20,000 bases of DNA from Sporopachydermia quercuum. Lineage: Eukaryota. The notes beneath the pieces were generated by a model, which saw nothing but the letters and a program-made list of their open reading frames with translations, was not told the DNA's origin and searched no databases. Numbering within the stretch: position 1 is the stretch's first letter; each line of letters starts with the position of its first letter. The stretch covers positions 304,865-324,864 of the forward strand of contig BCGN01000012.1 of assembly GCA_001599295.1 (NCBI GenBank), in the 5' to 3' direction. The position numbers and the translations under genes are program-made. Below are positions 10,612 to 20,000 of the stretch, piece after piece.

Positions 10612-12222
10612 TTAATAAGTTTTAAGCTTAAGATGACCAGCAGGAATTGATCTTAAATGTTTTCCTTTCCACTGTAAAGGTAATAAGATAGCAAAAAATG
10701 CAAATGCACAAATAATTGCTTGAGTAGAAAAACTCCATTTGGGTCCTACAGCAGCCGACCAATCAACTTGAACATAACTAATGGTGAAGCCACTTATAGT
10801 TCTCCACCAAATCAAAATACCATTAACCTCTGTAGAAGCTTTAGGATAAGCATCAAGGCANTAAGCGAAAATAGCAGAAGTAACAATCATGACACCAACC
10901 AGTAATAAAAACCAACCCAAAGCTAAAATAACCCAATGATAGAGATACTGAAAAGAATAGCCAATTATTACTAAACCTGCAATATGACCTGCAATACCAA
11001 TCCAACAAGCCCAAAGACGAACTTCTGGCTCGAAATGTCCTTGATGTCTCTTAATGTACGCCTTGGCTACCCAATCGTTGAAGAAATGCCCAAAGACGTG
11101 ACCAACAAAAGCACCAATCATAGGAGTTAAATAAAATAACGAGTAGTCATTGTTAGAGAAACCATAGCCAACTGGCCTTGGAGGTAAAACAAACATAGCC
11201 AAAGTAACGTTGATTCCAACAGTCCAGCAGAAAGTTAACATATAAAAAGCTGAAGCAACGCAAATGACTGGCATCTTCTGAACAGCTGGGAGTCTCATCA
11301 AAGCAGTGTACAAACTGTTTCTCAAATGTCTTGATCTCCATTGGGCAATTCCAATCAACCTTTCAAATCTGGTTCCTCTGTCAGGTTGTTTCTCTAAAGG
11401 AATTGTCCGATCGTAATAAGTTTCATCCCCTAAGAAAATAACCAAAGCGAAAGCAATACCTGTCATAATTGTACAGATTCCAAATGTCCATCTCCAATTA
11501 CCAGTACCACTAAGAATGAATCCGCCTAAAAATGGACCGAAATATGGAGAGAAAATAATACAAACTTCCCACAAGTTAATTGCTCTAGCATGATCATGGA
11601 AGAAGAAAATATCCTTAATAAACATAAGACCACAGCATTGAACACTAGTTGAAAAAGTACCATTGAGGATTCTTGCAGCTAAGAAATGGTTGAAATCTGG
11701 GGCAACTGTGCAGTAAATAATGGTGGCTAATGATAAGAAAAAAGTCCAGAAAACAACAGGAAGTCTACCAAAATAAGCAGAAACTTGACAGGCTAAGACA
11801 CCACCAGCACCCAACATGAAAACGTTACCACTACTAGCTCTACTAACATGTGAAGCAGTTAGATTCCATTCAGCTGATTGAGCTTCTAAGATAGCACCAC
11901 CAATTCCTGAGCAGAAATCAGGAATAAAAGAGGTGTAACAAACCATTAGCATAACAGCAGCTTTCTTGCTGGTGCTCCAATTTAAAGGATCATTTGGATC
12001 ATCAGATGGTTGAGGAATAAGAACTGTTTTACCATCACGAGCAACTTTCAATTGAGTGTTGTCACCTAAAAATTGAGCATCGACAATTAATTCATCGGGG
12101 TTGGTTTCGTCTTCAATAACTTCGTCAGCAGCATTCGATGAGATGTCAGATCTTTCAAGATCTTTTCTATCAACGTTTTCAACCTGCTCCACCAGGATGT
12201 TCTTATCCGAAGAAAAATCCAT
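10612..12222 (-). CDS. MFS transporter, Hol1-like/DHA1-related (536 aa); one ambiguous base at 10861
   Basis: N-terminal LIPQPSDDPNDPLNWS, FGRLPV, WRWTF, DETYYDR, FEPEVRLW and AxCLDAYP motifs; about 12 TM segments. Confidence 0.9.
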   Translation of the reverse strand: MDFSSDKNILVEQVENVDRKDLERSDISSNAADEVIEDETNPDELIVDAQFLGDNTQLKVARDGKTVLIPQPSDDPNDPLNWSTSKKAAVMLMVCYTSFIPDFCSGIGGAILEAQSAEWNLTASHVSRASSGNVFMLGAGGVLACQVSAYFGRLPVVFWTFFLSLATIIYCTVAPDFNHFLAARILNGTFSTSVQCCGLMFIKDIFFFHDHARAINLWEVCIIFSPYFGPFLGGFILSGTGNWRWTFGICTIMTGIAFALVIFLGDETYYDRTIPLEKQPDRGTRFERLIGIAQWRSRHLRNSLYTALMRLPAVQKMPVICVASAFYMLTFCWTVGINVTLAMFVLPPRPVGYGFSNNDYSLFYLTPMIGAFVGHVFGHFFNDWVAKAYIKRHQGHFEPEVRLWACWIGIAGHIAGLVIIGYSFQYLYHWVILALGWFLLLVGVMIVTSAIFAXCLDAYPKASTEVNGILIWWRTISGFTISYVQVDWSAAVGPKWSFSTQAIICAFAFFAILLPLQWKGKHLRSIPAGHLKLKTY

Positions 12223-12313
12223 TGTTAATTATAGAATAGCAACGAGTGTAAATTGAAGCTGATTTTGGCTGCCTAAGTTCCCTTTATGGTTATGTTGGAA
12301 GATGTTGTATTTG

Positions 12314-12590
12314 TTATCTAAACAACTTAAGATAAGATATCTTGTTATTATTCTGTTAACAGTTCTATTACTTCTATAATCTACTACTTAATTTATCCAA
12401 CAACTAAAATAGAGGGAACATGATAGCTTTTATACTTGAAGTAACCACTTGAGTCAGAAGATTCACGAAATTATACATAGATATCAAAAAGGTAGTATAA
12501 ACTATACATTCTATATATGATTTGATAATCCATATTTGTATCAAAACAAAGTGGAGATAGACATTTACTTGAAGCAACCACTGGATAATA
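12314..12590. promoter_or_regulatory. Several GATAA/TTATC sites plus TGAGTCA (12450-12456) upstream of the minus-strand MFS gene
   Basis: TTATC at 12314, GATAAG at 12331, GATAA near 12524 and 12584; such motifs are common in AT-rich DNA, so support is weak. Confidence 0.3.
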
Positions 12591-14327
12591 GAAGATTATT
12601 GGTATGTTTACGAACAAGAAAATATAATGAGCAAAACTATGCTTTGAGTATATGATTTTTTTAATCCAGATTTGATTGAAATCTAAGTGGAGATACGCAT
12701 TTACCTCAATCAATCCCAAGATGAATGAGAGCCAAGCATAAAAAATGATGTGGTACGTAAAAAGTTCTGAAATAAAAATAATAGGGAAAGTAAAGTTCGA
12801 AGTAAAGTTGAAAAATGCTATGCAACATTTTTCAACTTAAAATTAAGTTCAATAGGAAGAATTAAATCCCCAATGATGAATAATTGAGCCTAATCAAAAT
12901 CGTTGCTGATATGACTCTATAAAATAGTTATTAAAAGTTCAATAAGTTGTTTAAATAACTGCAAAATTATTTATGGGATTTATAATAAATAGTTGTGCAT
13001 TAGCTTTTGTGTTTTTGAGGAGCTGTGTTGATTTCCTTCCGCTTCAAATTGGTTGGTCTGACTTGTTGGTTATCTTGAATGCTTAGTGATATTAATGATC
13101 AACATGTGAAAATCCACTGAGATTGAGCAACATTTTGGAATAACTTAATATTTCTTTTTGTTGAAAAACAATTCAAGATTATAATTAATTTCATCTAATT
13201 TTTTGGTGGAAATTATCCTTACTATACTAATAAAATCAGATGAATCTATCGCGAAGATGGGGTACTACTGACACATCGCTTCTTAAACTTTAATTATTAG
13301 CGTATTGTAAATTCTCGTTTTCTCGTTAGAGTTTGTGGGGTAATGACTTTGAGCTTCGAAGTCGAACCTTACTCAACATTACGGTCCAGCTTTGGCATCG
13401 TACTTCCATACAAGTTATTTCAAAACACGTTACAATTACTCTAGGAAAATAAGACGGCTATTGAATGATTTTCAATATGAAATATAGAGAAGGAAAATGG
13501 GTAGTATCTCATTTAAACTTTGAGTGACAACTATCACATAATAGTGGGCGCTTGGTCTTCAATAGTTGTAGATGGGTTTAGCTAGATGCTTGATTTATTA
13601 TTCTGCAATAACTGGTTTCTGATGATCGCAATTTCGAATACAGAACTTGGCGGAGAATTAAACCAAAGAAATATGGAGTGAATTTAGATCCTATTAGGTT
13701 TAAAGTGCTGAGACTGTTAGTTTAAGGGAGGTTTTCTTATTAGTTAACCTGAGGGATGACTGTTATTGGTGTATAACTGAGAATGCTGGAGTAATACTTC
13801 CCATTTCACATACACACAAGATATAATCTTTGAGAAACATATGACATACTCAAACAATATAACCCTGAATATCACAAAGAATATGCATGAATTCTTGAAA
13901 TACTGAGACAGCAATCTCGAAAGATAAGTAGGCGTTTGATGGTTCCCTTTCCGAAGAGACCTATGTTACAAATTATGAGATTCCGAGTCCGAGATACCTA
14001 GCTGAATCCATAGCTACCAACAATAATGAAACAGCGCTGCGAACAAAGTATAACCAGGACTTTGAGGTCCTTAGAGTCGGATAAACAATTAAATTTTGAT
14101 AGATCCATCAGAATTGCGGACCAAACTAAAGAAAATCTAAGAAAACGAAGCAAAATGGAATACAGAGTACTAAACTCACCGCTAGAGTTTCAGGCAACGT
14201 TCAACAGAATGCAGGTGAATGTTAACATATGTATGAGTGCATACTGAAACTGTTAAGATCTAATGTGTGATATATAAAAGTTTGTAGAGTTATATAGTAA
14301 ATTAGATAAGATACATATAAAGGCAAC

Positions 14328-14345
14328 ATATATATATATATATAT
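14328..14345. repeat. (AT)9 microsatellite
   Basis: atatatatatatatatat. Confidence 0.9.
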
Positions 14346-14603
14346 TTAATGTGTGGAAGAAAAAGAAGTAACGAGAAAGGGAAGGTCAAGCTGTTTATTG
14401 TATGAATGTATGGTTACACTCATACGAAACTTGAGTTAAAGATAGGCTCCATGCAATATTGAGTCTTTTTTCCTTGCCGTTGTCAAACCAATCAATCATA
14501 AGAATCAAGCTGTAATCAACTGTTCGATTTGAAAAATGTTCAATCGCGTAATAAATAGTAATAAGCAAAAACATGTGCTTCTCATTTGGCAGTTTAGCTC
14601 CAT

Positions 14604-14907
14604 GAGATTGCTACTACATAAAAAGTTAAGCTTTACGTTGTACTAAGTTTAGCTTTACGATTATCCTGTTGTGATTCATTTACGCAATAAGTAATAACAA
14701 GAAAAAATAGGCGCACCTGAATCTTGTTAAAGTTTAGAAAAATTGACCTTTTTAGTACAATCTTTTCCAAAGAAGTTAGATTACTGTGGGAGCTTCTTAT
14801 TTGGGGAATAATATAATATAATGCTTAGGAGATTGGTTCTACACAAAAAGGTTTAGCTTTACGATTTTCTAAGTTTAGTTTTACGATTTTCCAGATGTGA
14901 TTCATTT
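14604..14907 (+). repeat. Imperfect ~78-bp direct repeat (14604-14681 and 14829-14907), each copy with two copies of a GTTTAGCTTTACGAT-like unit
   Basis: Manual alignment: 11 mismatches and 1 gap over 79 columns (~85% identity). Confidence 0.85.
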
Positions 14908-15421
14908 CCAGCGAATCGATTATATAGCTGTTCTCGCTAAAACAAATGTGAAAACAATGCCTAATTTTTAATAGCAAAATTAATTGAACTTGTAAAAAAT
15001 AATACTTCTTTTCGAATTATATTATACCAGCTGTGTATAATGCAATAATTGTGTGATTATAGTTGCCTTCCTCATTCTTCATATTTCCGAGGCACAACCA
15101 CCATACCTCAATTAGGCAATATATTTCCCTTATTGTACGCGTAATTATTCTGTGAAACAACCGATTTCAGATGTTTATGCAGGAAATAACGTGAACTTTA
15201 TTCACGAAAATGTCAATTCTCTTACAAGCACGAAAGATGCGTTTCCAAAATATCTTGAAAGCCATTGTGAATTTACATAAATTGCAAGATCCCTTTATAT
15301 CCCTTGTTTGTTTTGCGTAGTCCTGTTGCTGTACTCAAAACAATACAATCGCATTGCTGTTCAAAGCCATCGAGAATGTTGAAAGCATGAAAACATGATG
15401 TACCTTTAGACTTAAGTCACC

Positions 15422-17942
15422 ATGACAAGCGTTGAACCAATTCTCAGTGATAATTTTCCTGTTGAGTCAAACTCAAGTATCTCCTCAGACAAACATCCCT
15501 TTGAATGGCAGAAGGATAAACCATTGGCTGAGGTACTTCCTTTAGATTTGAAAACAGAAGATAATTTTGTTCCTAGAGATGAAAGAATTGTTGACCGATT
15601 CACACCCATTGAATTGTGAACCACCATCTCCATTGTTTCACTCTTATGGATTTATTACCCCATCAAGCCTTCATTATGTCAGAACGCATGGTTCTCCTAT
15701 TGATATCAAGGGGGATGAGCTTTTAGACTGGACTATCTCAGTAGAAGGTATGGTGGAAGAACTATTTTCTGTAACCTTGAGAGATCTTATTAGGGAGTTT
15801 CGTCAATATACAGGTCCTGTGACTCTATACTGTGCAGGTTACAGAAGAACGAAACAGAATGTAGTAGCAAAAGGTAATGGCTTTAATTGGCATCAGAACG
15901 CTGTCTCTGACTCATTATGGACAGGCCGGTTACTAAAGAATGGCATAGATAGGGCTAACCCTTAGAAAGAAGAAAAGTTTGTTTGTATGGAGGATGGTGA
16001 TAAGCCTACTAAAGGTCCATACGGAACATCAATTTCTATGGTTGATGTTAAAAATTCTGAGAGAAATTTTATGCTTGCTTATAATCAAAACGGGATCTAT
16101 CTTCCTGATGATCAAGGAAGACCTCTAAGAGTTGTTATTCCAGGAATGATTGGTGGTCTATCAGTTAAATGGTTGAAACGACTAATTGTTTCAGATGTTC
16201 AATCAACTGACTGGTATCATTATTATGGTAACAAAGTTCTTTCTACATGGTTACACCAGAGATAACAACAAACGAAGATCATTGGTGGAAAGACGAAAGT
16301 TATACACTTTTACAATTTGAATGGTCAATCAATAACAGCACACCCCGTTCAAAATGAGAGATTGATTGCTAACGAACAAAATGAAAGCGAGTACTACGAA
16401 GTTGAAGGCTTTGCCTACAATGGTGGAGGGAGAAAAGTCAGCAGGATTGAATTATCATTAGATAGAGGTAGGACATGGAAATTAGTAGACATTGGTTATC
16501 CTGAAGACAGTTATCGGTAGGCTGGACCAGTTGAATTGCTCGGTGGTACAGTAAATGTTTATCAATGGAAATCCTATCTCTACTGGAGTTTTTGGTCAAT
16601 TGAGGTAGTTCAAAAGGAGCTGAAATCTGCCAAAGATATCTTTGTCAGAGGTATGGATACACCCATGAGGACCTATCCAAGAGATATATACTGTAATGTA
16701 ATATCGATGTTGAACAATTGGTGGTATAGAGTTGCAATTCAAAAAGGAGATTAGCCAGTCGAACCAAATTTGAGCACCTGTGTCAGCCATCAAAGTTGAT
16801 GGTTGGATGACAGAGAGAGTCAAGAAAAAAGGTGAGGATTTACTAGATCATACTTGGGATAAAGATAATGAAGATCCAAATAAGCCAAAGGTCAAGAAGG
16901 TTTATGTTGATGAAGACTTACTACTAATGGTTGATTCTAACAAGAAAGACAAGATTATCTCCAAAGAAGAATCTGCCAAGCGTGCTACTCCTGACGATCC
17001 ATGGTTTATCATCAAAGGTCATGTATTTGAAGGTAAAGACTTCTTGCATGTACATCCTGGTGGAGAAGAAGCTATTGGCAACATGGTTGGTGAGGATGTC
17101 ACTGACGAATTTTTTTGCGATTCATTCTCAGAACACCAAGAAGCTCATCAGGAAATTTTATATGGGCAAATATGAAGGAGCCAATGATAGTCCTTTAGAA
17201 ATTGATGGGCACAGAGCACCTTCTATTATTGAGAAGATTCCTACACTGTTCGATCCAAAGAAGTGGAAGAGACTTACTTTGATTGAGAAGCGTATTATAT
17301 CTCCAGATTGCAGAGTATTGTATTCGCATTAGAACACCCTGATCAAAAGTCTGGTTTACTTGTTAGCAAACATTTCTACTTGAGAGCTAAAGGGTTAGGT
17401 GAAAAACTTGTCATGAGAACGTATACACCAAAATCAGGTAATAAAGTGAAAGGTACTTTTGAAGTTTCAATGAAGATTTATTTTCCCAGAGATGAAAAAT
17501 ACCAGGTGGTAAGATGACAATGGCTATGGAAAATATGCCAATTGGTTCACAAGTTGAAACCAAAGTTCCAGTTAGTGAGTTTGAATAACACCTTGTTATC
17601 AAGTTATTGCTGATATTTTTTCTAACGAGGATGATGGTACTAAAATACGCTTCTTCTATACCAATAAATCAGAAGCTGATATTTTATGTAGAGATGAGTT
17701 GGATGAGTTCACAACAAGAAAAAATGCTAATCTAAACATTGACATTGCGTCAGTAAAGCAACTGAAGGATGAAAAGGGTTTGTTGGTAGATTGAATAAAC
17801 CTATGTTTGATAAATACTTGGAAGAGAAAAAGAGCATTGGTGAATTCTTGGTTGTGGTGTGCCGTCCACGCGGTATGTATAAAGGAGTTCAGTCCTTACT
17901 TGATGAAGCAGGTATTGATCCTTCAAGAACCGTTTCTTCTAA
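15422..17942 (+). pseudogene. YNR1: Nitrate reductase pseudogene with Moco, cytochrome b5 and FAD/NAD(P)H domains
   Basis: Collinear fragments DLKTEDNFVPRD, SLHYVRTHG, CAGYRRTKQN, GRPLRVVIPGMIGG, AYNGGGRK, SMLNNWWYRVAI, HPGG...AIHS, RTYTP, CRPRGM. In-frame stops at 15963, 16518, 16752 and 17770, roughly nine frameshifts, and a deletion near 17587. Confidence 0.95.
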
Positions 17943-18448
17943 ATATCATAAAAATCATATTTTAGTGGTTGAAAACTCGAATTGGTTGATTTTCAGTAAA
18001 TAGGTAAACGCCTTGCTAGAGTTTTTTTGATATATATTTGTAACACTTTATTTCGAAGTAATTCAACTACAATTCTATTGCAGAATTCAGAAACGAAAGG
18101 TAGGGAATCTATGAATTTTATTCATAAAAATTATATAGATGTATGATTAGAGATTAGTATATTTGTGGAAGAAAGGACAAACATATGAAAAGCAAAAGCT
18201 AGGCTGAACTAAGCAATCCAAACAATCTTTCTTGTGCCAGCATATCAGATGTCTCGTTGACTTGAGAAGTTACTAAAATTCAAACATATAGGTCACTTGA
18301 CCAATATTCTATGATAAGCGTTAGTAAGACAGATAGATACCTTGCTAAAATAGTATTTAAATTTATCGGGATGTTGAAGATCTCTAAATTCTCTGCAAGA
18401 ATGTTCCGAAGCCGTTGTAGATATGGAACATATCCTTTATTATTAGAA

Positions 18449-19370
18449 CTAATTAGAGCCATAAGACAGTATCTCCTTCGCTATTTTACTCCTAGATAGT
18501 TCACCCTTCTTATTCGATAATGTTCCTATCGCTTTTTGAGTTTCAACACGCAGTTTGGTCACCTGCATCAACACAGGCGCATCTGATATTATCAGGTTTC
18601 GTTGTATGGTAGAGACGTGTCGGGGAACACCCTGACTACTAGATTCATCAGTAGACTTTTCCTGGTCCAGTTCCGTAAGTCGACTATTGGCTGCTGAAGT
18701 TGATGAATTAATAAATAAAGTACTGTTGAGTTGCTTATAGTATTCTAGTTTCTCTCTCAATACTAGAATCCTCCGCCGATACTTCATTAATGCTTCATAT
18801 TGCTGTTGATATTCTTCCATTTGTTGGTCGTAATTATCATCCAAATAATCATTCTTATCATCTTCGATCTCTTTGCTCACCAGAACCTTTATAGCCCCAG
18901 GTTTTGGTAAATCTGGTATAAATTCAAGGAGAATATCCCATTGGCCTAGGGTCTTTGTATCAAGGCTCTGTTGAAGCAAAACCTTGAAGAATGTCAAATT
19001 GAAAACTGACTTCAATGGAGATAGTGATTTTATACCTTCTAGTCTTCTAAAGGAATCTCCTAATGTCTGCTCATGATAAGACAATACTTGTAATGTCAAG
19101 ATGTGAATAGCTTGAGAAGAGTAATGTCGATGTCTGTGCTTTCTCAGCAATGAAACAACTAATAGTGTTAGCACCCTTGAAAATCAATAATGGAGGAGAA
19201 TTATAAGTGTTTCTAAAACAAAATAACATACTTTTGTTTCTTACAGTTCTCAATTGCTTATCAGTTATTCTAGTACGGTGAGGAGCTTTCAGCTTCGGTA
19301 ATTCAGAAACTGATTTAACCTGGCGCAATAGAAACTGCTTGACATCTTTATAAGTACTTTCGTTTCCCAT
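18449..19370 (-). CDS. Fta4/Nkp1-like inner kinetochore (Sim4/Ctf19 complex) subunit; exons 19370-19232 and 19158-18449; 282 aa
   Basis: Splicing joins ORFs 19071..19370 and 18449..19174 in frame (VRNK-I-VSLLRKH). KQFLLRQV, HYSSQAIH, a coiled coil and IQRNLIISDAPV resemble the recalled Fta4 family pattern. Confidence 0.72.
19159..19231 (-). other. Spliceosomal intron (73 nt)
   Basis: Canonical GTATGT donor, TGCTAAC branch (19173-19167), TAG acceptor; phase 1 restores the frame. Confidence 0.92.
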
Positions 19371-20000
19371 TTCATAAGTTTAATATGAATGGCTATTTAG
19401 AATTAATTGTTAATAAATATAATAAGGTGAACAAGGTACTAATTGAAGCATGAAAGTAAATCGTGAATCAACTGTAAGAAGTAGATGAATAAGTAACGCG
19501 AAGTGGTAAGGTTTAGTCGTGTCTGTGGATGGGATGGGCAAGCGTGACAAGTTTAAGGACAAATGTGACATATTGGGAGGTAGTTATGATTATGATATTC
19601 AGATTCAGATTCAATGAGGAGATTAACAAGATAAGATACAACTCAAGAAGTTGTTTATTATTGGAGGACAGTATTCATGTATATTGAGAAGTGAGAATAA
19701 AGGGATATAGAAAGCCAACTGGGAGTTAAAGTCTGAAGAGTAAAGTTGAAGAAAACAGATGCATATGGAGGCCAAAAGATGCGACTGGGAAAAACAGAAA
19801 ACAGTCAGATGGACGAGCGAAAGCAAGGGAAATAGCTCGAGGTTAAAGTTGGAAAATGGATTCAAAGAAATTTGTAGATGTGGCTATTTGAAGTAGGTAA
19901 ATAGAAAAAAGAAAGTGAATGAGATAGAGGTAAAGGAGGAACATTCTTGATTGAACAGAAGAACTTAAGAGGCCTAAGGAGGCTAAGCCGTCAAGCTATT

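Noticed and set aside
15422..17942. YNR1 fragments as exons or programmed frameshifts
   Set aside because: No splice signals at the breaks, too many independent lesions, and a catalytic motif is deleted.
19623..19865. 80-aa ORF and other short intergenic ORFs (2322..2528, 8186..8398, 9097..9309, 9426..9620, 12471..12719, 18280..18462, 18311..18499)
   Set aside because: Short, AT-driven, often with non-ATG starts, and no recognisable homology.

Overview
AT-rich budding-yeast (Saccharomycotina) genomic DNA. The nitrate reductase relic resembles Ogataea YNR1, and CTG aligns with conserved Leu, which suggests a Pichiales-like yeast using the standard code (inference). Gene order: (1) a cryptic minus-strand gene with at least 6 exons and 5 introns (1624 to <1), seen by the ORF track only as fragments, which splices into a >=340-aa protein resembling the meiotic Spo11 partner Rec102 (TopoVIB-like); (2) IRC19/RRG4 (+); (3) NMA1 NMN adenylyltransferase (-); (4) a DHA1 Qdr3/Dtr1-like MFS transporter (+); (5) a second MFS transporter (-); (6) a ~3.2-kb gene-poor stretch with a nested direct repeat; (7) a heavily disrupted nitrate reductase (YNR1) pseudogene (+) with no recognisable cluster partners; (8) a two-exon Fta4/Nkp1-like kinetochore gene (-). 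All homology calls come from remembered reference sequences, not database searches.
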